From Treponemataceae bacterium (lineage in GTDB: Bacteria; Bacteroidota; Bacteroidia; Bacteroidales; UBA932): a DNA stretch of 40,283 nt. A program made the translations under genes and the position numbers. The stretch is taken from positions 1-40,283 of the forward strand of contig CAVEDD010000001.1 in the NCBI GenBank assembly GCA_963614515.1, read 5' to 3'. Below are positions 18,628 to 28,507 of the stretch, piece after piece. How positions within the stretch are numbered: the first letter of the stretch is position 1; every line of letters begins with the position of its first letter. Below the pieces are notes generated by a model. That model saw only the letters and a program-made list of their open reading frames with translations, ran no database searches and had not been told where the DNA came from.

Positions 18628-21600
18628 TTATTCCTTGCATGCGGCAGGGATGGCCGCATAGTCCGTGAGTTTCGTGCAGCCCCTGAACGCCAGCTTGATG
18701 TTGGTAGGCACGGCGAAGCCTGTTTCCGCAGTCCTTTCATAAATATGGCATTTCACTCCGTTCACCACGGTGTACGGAGACTCCCCTGAAAGCGAGACGC
18801 ATCCGTCAAACACTGCGTTGAAACTTACCGCCGCCTTGAAGTTGTCGAAGATTCCGACAGGGACGCTCTCCAGTGCGGAGCAGTCTTTGAACACGGAAGT
18901 CACATTCTTCACTTTCTCCGGATTGATGAAAAGATTCTCCCCGACTTCCTTCAACGCCGTGCATCCGTTGAATATGCTGCCGATGGTGGCTGCTCCGTAG
19001 GCGAAGTTGAAGACTTCCGAACCTGCTTTCTCAAGAGCCGTGCATCCGCTGAAAGCACCGGTGAATATGCTGATCTTTGCGTTGTTCTTGAAAAGCCCCG
19101 ACGGGACTTCCTTGAGAGCGGTGCAGTTCTGGAATATGTATTGGACGGTCGCGGCGGATGTGTTGATTCCGTTGAACGCATCGGCCGCTATGCCTGTCAG
19201 AGACGGACAGTCGGCGAACATCCTGCTGAGAGTCTTCATTTTCGTCGTAGTTCCGAACAGTCCCGACGGAACTGCCTGAAGAGCCTGGCATTTCTGGAAG
19301 CAGCTTTCCACAGTCGTTGCACTGACATTCTTCGCGAACAGTTTTTCCGGAATCGTCACGAGGGAGGTGCAGCCATAGAATGTCTTCTTGAAGGTGCTCG
19401 CGGCAGTCAGTCCGTCAAAGAATCCGGATGGAAGGCTTTCCAGCGCCGTGCACTCCTCGAAAGCTGATTCGAGAGAAACGCTCTTCGTGTTCGTGCCGAA
19501 TATGTTGCCGACGGAGGTCAACGCGGTGCAGCCTTTGAACGCCGTCTTATATGTCTTCACCGCGCTGTTGCTTGAGAAAAGTCCGTCAGGCAGACTCTTG
19601 AGGGACAGACATCCATTGAATGCGCTTTCGAACGATGTCGTCTTCACCATCGCCGAGAAAAGGGACGACGGAACTGATTCTATTCCCGAGCCTGTAAATA
19701 CCGTCGCGGCGCTTGTTACGGCGGACTGAGCCGCGAACAGAGCTCCCGGAACGGTTTTCAGACCTGTGCACCCGGAGAACATCGAGGAGATGTTGGTTAC
19801 GGCAGCAAGCGGGGAGAAGAGCGCTTCCGGAACAGTCTCAAGACTTGTGCATCCGAGGAACAGGCTTGAGGCGTTGGTCACTTTTGCCGCTCCTTCAAAT
19901 GCGTTTTCCGAAATCTTGGACAGACCCGTGCAGTTCTTGAAAAGGTTGGAGATGTTGGTGCAGGCATTGCACCCTGACAGAATGCCGGCGCCGACTTCCG
20001 TTATTCCGGTGCAGCCGGTGAAGACTCCTGAGAGGGAGGTGACTGCGGAAAGCCCGGTGAACACTCCCTCCGGAACGGTTTCAAGCGCCGTACAGTTCTG
20101 GAATACGCTTGAGAATGTCGCCACTGCGCTGAAATCCCTGAACAGTCCGGAAGGTATCGTCTTCAGTGACGTGCACCCGCTGAATACGTTTGAGAACTGG
20201 TTTATCGTCGTGAATCCGTCGAACAGTCCGGCGGGCACTTCCGTGAGGGAGGTGCAGTCCTGGAACAGCATATTGAGACCGGTTTTCAGGACAACGGCCT
20301 GCGCTCCGGAATTCTTGAACAGGTCGGCCGGAATGCTTTCGAGCTCAGTGCAGCCACTGAAACAGGTCATGAATGTCGTGACCTTGGAGCATCCTTTGAA
20401 GACATCGGCGGGAATGGTTCTGATTTTCGTCTTGCTGAAAGTCTGCTGAAAGTTCTCGCACTTTGTGTTGTTCGCAAACAGTCCGGCAGGGATTTCAGTG
20501 ATTCCGGTGGCGAGGAACGCCATTCTGAAAGATGTACATTCAGTCTGTTTCCTGAATATTCCGGCGGGGATTGACGTCAGTGCGCTGTCCGCGTTGAATA
20601 TCGCATTGAATGTGGTGATCTTCGGATTGTTCGCGAACATATCTTCGTCTATTGACTGAAGTTTGTCCATTCTGGCGAATGTCGCGGAGCATATCTCAAG
20701 TTCCGGGTTGTTGGCGAACAGATTCTTGTCAATGTTTGTCACCAGTTTACACCCGTCGAAAGCCGATGTCGCATCGGTGAGTTTCGGGCAGTTTGCCAGA
20801 AGCTCTGCAGGAATCTCCGCGATGGAATAGCAGTAGATGAACATCGAGTTGATGTCCGTACATTCGACGGCATTGCTCAGGAGTCCTTCCGGAATCGCCT
20901 GGAGTTTCTGACAATTGTTAAATGCATTTTTGAATGTGGTCGTCTGTGAGAACGAACCCACGATGTCCGACGGAATGCTCTTGAGCTCGCCGCAGCCGTA
21001 GAAGGCGTTGCTCAACGAAGTCACGCCGAGTTCACCCCAGCTGAAGACCTCCTCAATCTGAGCTTTCTGTGTGGAGGACAGGGAATAAGAACTGATTCCG
21101 CTTGCGCCGCCCTTGAAAGAGACGACATAATAGCCCGGATCGTTGTAGGTGTGTTTCGGGCAGTCGGCTGACACGGTCTCCACCGTACCGTCACCCCAGT
21201 CTATCGTGGACTCTCCGCTCACTCCCGTCACCGGCATCGCGGAGACATAGGTGGTCGTCGTCTTGGATTCATATTCCGTCACGTTCAGTCCGAGAATGAA
21301 CGCCTTCGTGTCGATTCCAGCCTGGGAGACGATGATTTCCTTCGTGTCCGTATTTTCCCTGCCGTCGCCTGTCGTGACCGTAATCCTGACGGTTCTCGAT
21401 TCGGAACCGGGATTCGGTACCGGAGTGAACTTGAATCCCGTCTCTGTCTTCTCGACCGTCAGCCATCCGCTTTCATTTCCTGAAACGGTGTAGTCCCAGT
21501 CGAAGTTGGCATTGATTCCGATTTCCTGAACATCGCTTGAGAAAGGTGTCACAGGCACGGTCTGCTTTGACGGTTCGACAAGCGCCGCCCTGTCCTGAAG

Positions 21601-22272
21601 CACGGCTATGGTCTCGGTGACGAGCTTTTCTCCGCTGCCGGCCTTGAGGATGAATTTCACCTCCCTGTCTTCATATTCCTCGTTGGGATAGACGCTGATC
21701 GTGACATTGTCGCCGTCCCTGCCGACCAGCATCCATTCACATCCGGATGTCTCGAAAGTCCAGTCCGAATCGGAGGAGACGACCTCGAACGACGCTTCCA
21801 GTTCTCCCTTCGCGGCAAGATGGAAATTGTTTTCCGAAGCCACAATCTCCGCCGTTCCGAGAGCGTTCTGCGTGACACCTACGGTCGCCGTCTTGTTCCC
21901 GGCCTTTATCGTCACGACGGCTGTGAGCTGTTCCTCCAGAGTGTTGCCGTCGCAGGACAACGTCAGCTGATTTGTCTCACTGTCAGCCTTATAGTCAAGA
22001 AATGATTTGCCCCCCCCGGTCACCTCGCAGGTCCATTCGGTGTTGGTGTTGACATCAAGGACGACTTTGCCTCCGAGACTTTTGAAGGCAATGCTTCCCT
22101 CAGTCGCGGTTTCCGAAGTGAAAAGTGTGTTTCTGGAACTGATTTCCAGAGAGGCGGCGGGCGCAATCCCGTTCTCTCCCGGAACGGGGTTCTGATAGTT
22201 GATGGTCTCCTTGGTGCAGGCGCAGAGCGAAACCGCCAATAATGCCGTATATATGTATGTTATCTTTCTCAT
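18628..22272 (-). CDS. Large lipoprotein: BACON domains, PKD-like domain and ~28 leucine-rich repeats (BspA-like)
   Basis: Lipobox LCA-C; about three BACON-like repeats; 'IDWGDG...HTY'; 28 counted repeats of consensus FxxxFxxCxxLxxIPxxLF, ~27 aa each. Confidence 0.88.
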   Translation of the reverse strand: MRKITYIYTALLAVSLCACTKETINYQNPVPGENGIAPAASLEISSRNTLFTSETATEGSIAFKSLGGKVVLDVNTNTEWTCEVTGGGKSFLDYKADSETNQLTLSCDGNTLEEQLTAVVTIKAGNKTATVGVTQNALGTAEIVASENNFHLAAKGELEASFEVVSSDSDWTFETSGCEWMLVGRDGDNVTISVYPNEEYEDREVKFILKAGSGEKLVTETIAVLQDRAALVEPSKQTVPVTPFSSDVQEIGINANFDWDYTVSGNESGWLTVEKTETGFKFTPVPNPGSESRTVRITVTTGDGRENTDTKEIIVSQAGIDTKAFILGLNVTEYESKTTTTYVSAMPVTGVSGESTIDWGDGTVETVSADCPKHTYNDPGYYVVSFKGGASGISSYSLSSTQKAQIEEVFSWGELGVTSLSNAFYGCGELKSIPSDIVGSFSQTTTFKNAFNNCQKLQAIPEGLLSNAVECTDINSMFIYCYSIAEIPAELLANCPKLTDATSAFDGCKLVTNIDKNLFANNPELEICSATFARMDKLQSIDEDMFANNPKITTFNAIFNADSALTSIPAGIFRKQTECTSFRMAFLATGITEIPAGLFANNTKCENFQQTFSKTKIRTIPADVFKGCSKVTTFMTCFSGCTELESIPADLFKNSGAQAVVLKTGLNMLFQDCTSLTEVPAGLFDGFTTINQFSNVFSGCTSLKTIPSGLFRDFSAVATFSSVFQNCTALETVPEGVFTGLSAVTSLSGVFTGCTGITEVGAGILSGCNACTNISNLFKNCTGLSKISENAFEGAAKVTNASSLFLGCTSLETVPEALFSPLAAVTNISSMFSGCTGLKTVPGALFAAQSAVTSAATVFTGSGIESVPSSLFSAMVKTTSFESAFNGCLSLKSLPDGLFSSNSAVKTYKTAFKGCTALTSVGNIFGTNTKSVSLESAFEECTALESLPSGFFDGLTAASTFKKTFYGCTSLVTIPEKLFAKNVSATTVESCFQKCQALQAVPSGLFGTTTKMKTLSRMFADCPSLTGIAADAFNGINTSAATVQYIFQNCTALKEVPSGLFKNNAKISIFTGAFSGCTALEKAGSEVFNFAYGAATIGSIFNGCTALKEVGENLFINPEKVKNVTSVFKDCSALESVPVGIFDNFKAAVSFNAVFDGCVSLSGESPYTVVNGVKCHIYERTAETGFAVPTNIKLAFRGCTKLTDYAAIPAACKE

Positions 22273-22307
22273 AAATCCTTTACGAATCTGTTCGGGTTCA
22301 TATCCGT

Positions 22308-23438
22308 TTACTGTTCATCGTTATCCGTGTCCGCTTTTTCCGCTTTCACGAGATACATCTTCCCGTCGGCGTACCACACGTCGCCGAGCATGTTGGTACT
22401 CCCTTCCGGCATAATCTTGACGATAAGTCCGAGAATGCCGTAGTCTTCATCAAAGCCGCTCAAAAGGATTGCCGGGCAGTTGTCCGAAGTTCCGTCCGTC
22501 GCCGTTCCCGCAGTTCCGTAGATGATTCCCGTCTCGAACTTCCCTTCTGTGAGCTGGACGAGATAGTAGAACCTATATTGCGTGGAAGTGAGGGAAGCTA
22601 TCTCCTTCGTGAGGCACAGTGAGCCGAGGGTCAGGACCATACGCTTCGTCTCCTTGTCGTAGGACGCTTCGTATTCCGTGCCTTCCACGAACAGATTCCT
22701 GATGGTGAAAGTCTTGCCGTATTCCTTCTGCTCGATTGTGCAATATGTTCCGATTCCCGGCGAATCGATGACTTTTCCGCCGTAGTGCCAGCGCTCCGCG
22801 TACAGTCCGAAGCTGCCCAGCATCTGGAAATAAGGATTCTCTTCTCGTGAAATCTGGGAAAGCTTCATCTCCCGGCTCGTCTCCTCTCCGCCCGCTGATG
22901 CGGTTACGGTGATTTTTGCCTCGCGGTGCTCTCCTGAGTTCGCGGCGGCGCTGACCCTGACAAGATTGCCCTCCGTCTCAATAGCAAGCCAGTCGGCATC
23001 GGAAGACACTTCCCATTCGTCATTCGTCTCCACCGTGAATATGAATTCCTCTCCCTCGGAATCGAGTTCAAGTTCTTCCGCCCCGTTGATTTTCAGGGAC
23101 AGAACAGCTCCGCTCCACGATTGGGACACCGTGATTTCCTTTTTCCCGGAGTTTGACTCCAGCGTGACCGTACCGTTCTTGATGTTTCCGGAATCGTTCG
23201 CGGAGACGGTGATTGTCACGCAGTCTCCCTCATCCTCGGCCGTAATCCACGAATCCGACACTGAAGAATGCCACTCCGAAGGGCACGCCACTGAAATCGT
23301 GGCCGAACCGCCCTCCTTCGGGAACGCCACCTCGTTCTGAGAGATGAGAAGCACGTCGGCCGTCTCCTCTCTGGTAATCTTGCTGCATGAGAAAATGACA
23401 AGCAGCGGGATTGCAGACAATACAAGCAATCTTTTCAT
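22308..23438 (-). CDS. Lipoprotein with two BACON domains and a beta-rich C-terminal domain
   Basis: Start at MKRLL (23438); lipobox IFS-C; BACON motifs 'W.SSVSDSWIT...AN..G..K.GTVTL....ITVSQ' and 'WEVSSDADWL...AN....REAKITV'. Confidence 0.8.
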   Translation of the reverse strand: MKRLLVLSAIPLLVIFSCSKITREETADVLLISQNEVAFPKEGGSATISVACPSEWHSSVSDSWITAEDEGDCVTITVSANDSGNIKNGTVTLESNSGKKEITVSQSWSGAVLSLKINGAEELELDSEGEEFIFTVETNDEWEVSSDADWLAIETEGNLVRVSAAANSGEHREAKITVTASAGGEETSREMKLSQISREENPYFQMLGSFGLYAERWHYGGKVIDSPGIGTYCTIEQKEYGKTFTIRNLFVEGTEYEASYDKETKRMVLTLGSLCLTKEIASLTSTQYRFYYLVQLTEGKFETGIIYGTAGTATDGTSDNCPAILLSGFDEDYGILGLIVKIMPEGSTNMLGDVWYADGKMYLVKAEKADTDNDEQ

Positions 23439-23519
23439 AAAAACACTTATTTTTAACACTACTGAGTTTCATTCGGGATATATACACCCCTGAAGCCGGA
23501 CCCGCCGGCTGAGCGGCTT

Positions 23520-26477
23520 TTACAGTGTACGCTTCACTTCGACAATCTGGTAGGCCTCGACAATGTCACCTACCTTGATGTCGTTGTAGTTCTGGATGTT
23601 AAGACCGCAGTCCTGACCGGAAACCACCTCCTTGACATCGTCCTTGAACCTCTTGAGCGAACCGAGTTCGCCGGTGTAAATCACGATGCCGTCACGGATG
23701 ACGCGGATTTTGGACGTGCGCTGGAGCTTGCCCTCGCGCACGACGGCTCCCGCGATGGTTCCGACCTTGGAAATCTTGAATGTCTCAAGCACTTCGGCGG
23801 TTGCGGAAATCTCCTCCTTCTCCTCCGGAGCGAGCATACCCTCGATACCGTCCTTGACCTCGTTGATCGCGTCGTAGATGACGGAGTAGAGACGGATTTC
23901 GATTTCCTCCTTCTCGGCAAGCTTGCGCGCACCTGTCGAAGGACGCACCTGGAAGCCGATTATGACGGCGTCCGAAGCCGCCGCGAGAAGAACGTCGGAC
24001 TCGGAGATTGCTCCGACAGCCTTGTGAATGACGTTCACGCGCACCTCCTCGGTGGAGAGTTTGATGAGGGAGTCGGACAGAGCCTCGACTGAACCGTCCA
24101 CATCACCCTTGACGATGACGTTGAGTTCCTTGAAGTTGCCGATTGCGATACGGCGTCCGATTTCCTCGAGGGTCATATGCTTCTGGGTCTTGATGCCCTG
24201 GATGCGGATGAGCTGCTCGCGCTTGTTGGCGATTTCCTTCGCCTCGCGCTCGTCGGCCATCACGTTGAAGGTCTCGCCCGCAGTCGGCGCTCCGTTGAGT
24301 CCGAGGACGGAGACCGGAGTCGAAGGGCCGGCCTCGGTCACTTTCTGGCCGCGCTCGTTGAACATCGCCTTCACCCTGCCCGTGTAGCAGCCCGAGAGCA
24401 TCACGTCTCCCACGTGCATCGTGCCGTTCTGGACGAGAACCGTGGCGAGATATCCGCGTCCCTTGTCGAGGGATGACTCGATGACCGCGCCCGTGGCCCT
24501 GCGGCCCGGATTGGCCTTGAGGTCGAGCAGGTCGGCCTCAAGAAGCACCTTGTCGAGAAGAAGCTCGACATTGATTCCCTTCTTCGCCGAGATTTCCTGA
24601 CACTGGTACTTTCCTCCCCAGTCCTCCACGAGTATGTTCATGTTCGAGAGCTGCTCCCGGATCTTGTCCGGATTCGCTCCCGGCTTGTCTATCTTGTTGA
24701 TTGCGAAAATCATCGGAACACCGGCCGCCTGAGCGTGGCTGATGGCCTCGACCGTCTGCGGCATTATCGCGTCATCGGCGGCGATGATTATGATCGCGAG
24801 GTCGGTCATCTTCGCTCCCCGGGCACGCATCGCCGTGAAGGCCTCGTGACCAGGGGTGTCGAGAAAGGTGATTCTCCGGCCGTTCGGAAGCTCGACATTG
24901 TAGGCTCCGATGTGCTGGGTGATTCCGCCGGCCTCTCCGGCAATCACGTTAGCTTTTCGTATGTAGTCCAAAAGGGATGTCTTACCGTGGTCGACGTGAC
25001 CCATCACGGTGATTACCGGAGGTCTCGGCACGAGGTCTTCCGGCTTGTCGGCCTCCTCTTCTGAATTGATTTCTTCGGTGAGTGTCGCGGTCACGAACTC
25101 CACTTCATAGCCGAACTCCTCGGCGACGAGAACGAGAGTCTCGGCGTCAAGCCTCTGGTTGATGGACACCATGAGTCCGAGGCTCATGCAGGCCGCGATG
25201 ACCTTGGTGACAGGCGTGTTGTTCATCAGGGTCGCGAGGTCGTTGACCGTTACGAACTCCGTGACTTTCAGAACCTTCTTGTCAAGTTCCTGCTGCTGAA
25301 TCTCCTCCTGGAGCCTGTCGGCCGCAGCCTCCCTCTTCTCTTTCCTGTGTTTTGCGCCGAAGTTGCCCTTCCCTTCGTTCATACGGGCGTAGGTCTCCTT
25401 GATCTGCTTCTGGATTTCCTTCTGCATCTCCTCGCTCTCGGCCTCGGTCATTGCAGGCTTGAACCTGTCCCGTCCACGGCTGCGTTTTCCTCCGCCGGAC
25501 TCATTCCTGCGGGCGTCACGTCCGAAATCACGTCCGTTCTTGCCTGAGCCGCCGTTCTTGTTCCCGCCTCCGTTCTTGCCTGAGCCGCCGTTCGAAGCGT
25601 CAATCTTTGTGACATCCACTTTCTGGCTCTGTCCCGGCTTGATTCTCTCCCTCTTGCCCTTCTTCTTCGGAGTCTCGAACTTGCTCAGGTCAACCTTGCC
25701 CATGACTTTAGGCCCGGTCAGCCGTTCAACGGCGATAACCGCCTCCTGCGGCTCTTTCCTGACCACTTCCGCCGGCTTCACGGACCCGGCTGCTGGGGAT
25801 TCGGCTGCTTCGTCCGTCTTCTCCGTATCTCTTTTTTCCGCGCCGTCGTCTCCGGTACTGTCCGCAGTCTCAGGTACGACGCCCTCCTTTTCCGGTTTCG
25901 GGGATTCATCGATGTGCTCCTCGGACGGCTTGACCTCGGCCGCCGGGCTGACCGTCTCCGCCGGAGCAGTCTTTTCCGGAGTCACGGCCGCAGACGTCTC
26001 CGTCCGCTCTTCAGCGCGCACTTCCGGAACCGGTTTTTCTTCGGCATTCTGCGAAAGCCCTGCGGAAGGTTTCTCTTCAGCAGGAGCAGCCGGAGCAGTC
26101 TGAACTTCCGGTGCAACCGGCGCGGCCGGAGTCTCCGCGACAGGCGCGGGCTTTTCCGGCGCAGTCTTCTCCGGAGCCCCGGAAATGGAAGTGGTCTTTA
26201 TGATCACCTCCCTGTCAGCCTCCTCATCCTCGACCGCAGGCTTCTTCTTCGACACGTCCATCACTTCCTTGAGCTTCGTCGCCACCTTCTCCGAATCCAT
26301 CTTCGCGGCAAGGTCTCCTCCGAACTTGGACTCGACCGCCGGCATATATTCGTCGGAAATCTTGGTGTTCGGGTCGCTGGAGGTGATGTTCGCCCCTTTC
26401 CCGTTCAGGAATTCGATGAGTGTGCCCACTCCGACGTTGAACTGTCTCGCAATTTTACTTAATCTGATTTCTGCCAT
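23520..26477 (-). CDS. infB: Translation initiation factor IF-2
   Basis: [17 protein letters not shown] GTPase motifs; IF2 C-terminal domains; follows nusA. Confidence 0.99.
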   Translation of the reverse strand: MAEIRLSKIARQFNVGVGTLIEFLNGKGANITSSDPNTKISDEYMPAVESKFGGDLAAKMDSEKVATKLKEVMDVSKKKPAVEDEEADREVIIKTTSISGAPEKTAPEKPAPVAETPAAPVAPEVQTAPAAPAEEKPSAGLSQNAEEKPVPEVRAEERTETSAAVTPEKTAPAETVSPAAEVKPSEEHIDESPKPEKEGVVPETADSTGDDGAEKRDTEKTDEAAESPAAGSVKPAEVVRKEPQEAVIAVERLTGPKVMGKVDLSKFETPKKKGKRERIKPGQSQKVDVTKIDASNGGSGKNGGGNKNGGSGKNGRDFGRDARRNESGGGKRSRGRDRFKPAMTEAESEEMQKEIQKQIKETYARMNEGKGNFGAKHRKEKREAAADRLQEEIQQQELDKKVLKVTEFVTVNDLATLMNNTPVTKVIAACMSLGLMVSINQRLDAETLVLVAEEFGYEVEFVTATLTEEINSEEEADKPEDLVPRPPVITVMGHVDHGKTSLLDYIRKANVIAGEAGGITQHIGAYNVELPNGRRITFLDTPGHEAFTAMRARGAKMTDLAIIIIAADDAIMPQTVEAISHAQAAGVPMIFAINKIDKPGANPDKIREQLSNMNILVEDWGGKYQCQEISAKKGINVELLLDKVLLEADLLDLKANPGRRATGAVIESSLDKGRGYLATVLVQNGTMHVGDVMLSGCYTGRVKAMFNERGQKVTEAGPSTPVSVLGLNGAPTAGETFNVMADEREAKEIANKREQLIRIQGIKTQKHMTLEEIGRRIAIGNFKELNVIVKGDVDGSVEALSDSLIKLSTEEVRVNVIHKAVGAISESDVLLAAASDAVIIGFQVRPSTGARKLAEKEEIEIRLYSVIYDAINEVKDGIEGMLAPEEKEEISATAEVLETFKISKVGTIAGAVVREGKLQRTSKIRVIRDGIVIYTGELGSLKRFKDDVKEVVSGQDCGLNIQNYNDIKVGDIVEAYQIVEVKRTL
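25533..25593. repeat. Perfect 25-bp direct repeat (period 36 bp) in the IF-2 N-terminal linker
   Basis: TCCGTTCTTGCCTGAGCCGCCGTTC at 25533-25557 and 25569-25593; encodes NGGSGKNG twice. Confidence 0.85.
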
Positions 26478-26585
26478 ATATCCCCATTATAGTTTTCTCA
26501 AATCCATACTCTTTCCGCATCGCCCTTCTGACACGCCGGACGGCGGGCGTCCACAGACCTTGAAAATGTCCGGCACGCCTGTCTC

Positions 26586-27833
26586 CTACTCGAACTCGGA
26601 GCTGAGGATGCGGCGCACGTCAGCCACCGTCTCGTCCTCGAGATCGGCCCTCTTCGCAAGCTCGTCAGGCTCGATGGCGAGCACGCTCTTCGCCGTGTCG
26701 CAGCCGATTGACTTGAGCTTGTCGATGACCCACTGGTCAATCTCGTCGTCGAACTCTTCGAGCAGGATGTCGTAATCCTCCTCGTCATCCGGAGTTTCGG
26801 ACTTCGGAGTCTCTCTCCAGACCTCAATCTCCTTGTCCACGAGCATTCCCGCGAGACGGATGTTCACACCGCCCCGGCCGATTCCCTTGGTGACTTCCTC
26901 AGGAAGCATATAGACCCGGATTTTCCCGTCCTCGCCGTTCACTATCGACGAAATCTTCGCCGGAGCGAGCGCACGGGTGATGAGAAGCTGGGTGTTGGAT
27001 GTCCACTGAATCACGTCGATGTTCTCGTTGCGGAGTTCGCGGACTATGCCTATGATGCGGGAACCCTTCACGCCGATGCAGGCTCCGATCGGGTCAATCC
27101 TGTCGTCATAGGACTCCACGGCGACCTTAGCCCTCTGGCCGGGAACACGCACAACCTTCTTGATGGTGATGAGACCGTCGTAAATCTCGGGAACCTCGGA
27201 TTCGAAAAGCTTGGCGAGGAAATCGTCCGAAACGCGCGAAAGCGTGATTATCGGAGTGGTGTTCCTCATCTCCACCGATTTGATGATGGCCTTCACGGTG
27301 TCGCCCTTCTTGAAGTGCTCGCCCGGAATCTGCTCCATCTTCGGAAGCTTCAGCTCATTGCCCTCGTCATCAAGAAGAATGACCTCCTTGGCCCAGGTCT
27401 GATGGACTTCCCCGGCGAAAAGCTGTCCGACCAGATCCTTATATTTATTGTAGAGGTTGGCCTTCTCAAGATCCATTATGCGGCCCTGAAGATTCTGCCT
27501 TATGTTGAGTATGCCCCTGCGGCCGAAGTCCTTCATCTCGATTTTCTTCGCGAAGGTCTCCCCGATTTCGTAGTCGTCCCCGTCCGCGTTCACCTCCTCG
27601 AGCGAAATCTGCTTGTTCGGATCCTCGACTGTCTCAACGACCTCGCGGTTCCAGTAGATTTCGCAGTCACCCTTGTCGATGTTGATGATGACGTCGAAAT
27701 TGTCGGCGTCGCCATAGACCTTGGCAATCTGTGTCCTGAAAACATCCTCGAGCACCCCCATCATCGTCGGGCGGTCGATGTTCTTCTGATTCTTAAATTC
27801 CGCGAACGCGTCCTTAAGTTCAATCTTTTCCAT
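26586..27833 (-). CDS. nusA: Transcription termination/antitermination factor NusA
   Basis: S1 and KH domains, 'DPIGACIGVKGSRI', 'IGRGGVNIRLA'; start reassigned to MEKIELK (27833). Confidence 0.97.
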   Translation of the reverse strand: MEKIELKDAFAEFKNQKNIDRPTMMGVLEDVFRTQIAKVYGDADNFDVIINIDKGDCEIYWNREVVETVEDPNKQISLEEVNADGDDYEIGETFAKKIEMKDFGRRGILNIRQNLQGRIMDLEKANLYNKYKDLVGQLFAGEVHQTWAKEVILLDDEGNELKLPKMEQIPGEHFKKGDTVKAIIKSVEMRNTTPIITLSRVSDDFLAKLFESEVPEIYDGLITIKKVVRVPGQRAKVAVESYDDRIDPIGACIGVKGSRIIGIVRELRNENIDVIQWTSNTQLLITRALAPAKISSIVNGEDGKIRVYMLPEEVTKGIGRGGVNIRLAGMLVDKEIEVWRETPKSETPDDEEDYDILLEEFDDEIDQWVIDKLKSIGCDTAKSVLAIEPDELAKRADLEDETVADVRRILSSEFE

Positions 27834-27911
27834 ATCGTATGAATATCGTTTTATTTTTTCGAATGTATATTTTCCCGAATGTTGAAATATGTCTTCGGAC
27901 ATATGTCCATA

Positions 27912-28379
27912 TCATTTGAAATCGATATGCGGACGTACGGAATTGATTTCGTCATATCCGAACGTGTCGCAATGCTCCACGAGTTCCTTTTTCTTCTTCC
28001 CGTCTACGGACTCGCGGACGCTGTATTTCAATGTCACCGAATTTTCGTCCGCAGAGACAAGCTCCGCCACGAATTTCCTCCCTCCTTTCAGCGCGGCCTC
28101 GACCACCGTCCCGACGGCTTTCAGATACTGTCTGAACACCTTGAACGGGCGGTCAAGCCCCGCCGAGGTCACCGTCAGCGAATAGTCCTCCTTTTCCCGG
28201 TCGAAACTCTCCTCGAAAACGCGGCTTATTTCAACGCAGTCGTCCATTACGACATCGGCCGCCTCCGACTCTATGACAATCTCCACATCGTTGTCTTTCG
28301 AGACATTTATTTCGACAATGAAGCATCCCCGTGCAACGACGGCCGCATCCACTGCATCTATGATTTCTGAAATTTTCAT
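27912..28379 (-). CDS. rimP: Ribosome maturation factor RimP
   Basis: 'MDDCVEISR', '[16 protein letters not shown]'; canonical position upstream of nusA-infB. Confidence 0.95.
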   Translation of the reverse strand: MKISEIIDAVDAAVVARGCFIVEINVSKDNDVEIVIESEAADVVMDDCVEISRVFEESFDREKEDYSLTVTSAGLDRPFKVFRQYLKAVGTVVEAALKGGRKFVAELVSADENSVTLKYSVRESVDGKKKKELVEHCDTFGYDEINSVRPHIDFK

Positions 28380-28409
28380 TTCAACAGAATTTACCGGGTT
28401 CGGAGCATG

Positions 28410-28435
28410 AAAAAAGGGAACTCAACGTCCCCTTT
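28410..28435 (-). promoter_or_regulatory. rimP-leader-like terminator/attenuator hairpin in the 5' UTR of rimP-nusA-infB
   Basis: Minus strand AAAGGGGAC-GTTGA-GTTCCCTTTTTT: hairpin plus U-tract between the promoter and the rimP start. Confidence 0.7.
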
Positions 28436-28449
28436 CTCTCTCACGGCGG

Positions 28450-28457
28450 CAAAGGTA
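28450..28457 (-). promoter_or_regulatory. -7 promoter element TACCTTTG for the rimP operon
   Basis: Exact TAnnTTTG match. Confidence 0.7.
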
Positions 28458-28469
28458 GGAAAAATGTAT

Positions 28470-28477
28470 TACCTTTG
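28470..28477 (+). promoter_or_regulatory. -7 promoter element TACCTTTG for lpxD
   Basis: Exact TAnnTTTG match ~30 nt before the ATG. Confidence 0.7.
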
Positions 28478-28507
28478 CAAATATTTTTAAAAAACAGAAA
28501 TCTGCTT

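Noticed and set aside
18609..18740. Upstream start of the 574-aa ORF (likewise the longer starts for nusA, lpxD, wbqC, MFS and the 23459 ORF)
   Set aside because: The extensions overlap neighbouring genes or promoters or use non-ATG starts; downstream ATGs give proper signal peptides or family N-termini
6181..23519. Mobile genomic island with target-site duplication
   Set aside because: No integrase or transposase; the 21-bp repeat is local and has no counterpart at the infB end; no obvious compositional shift by eye
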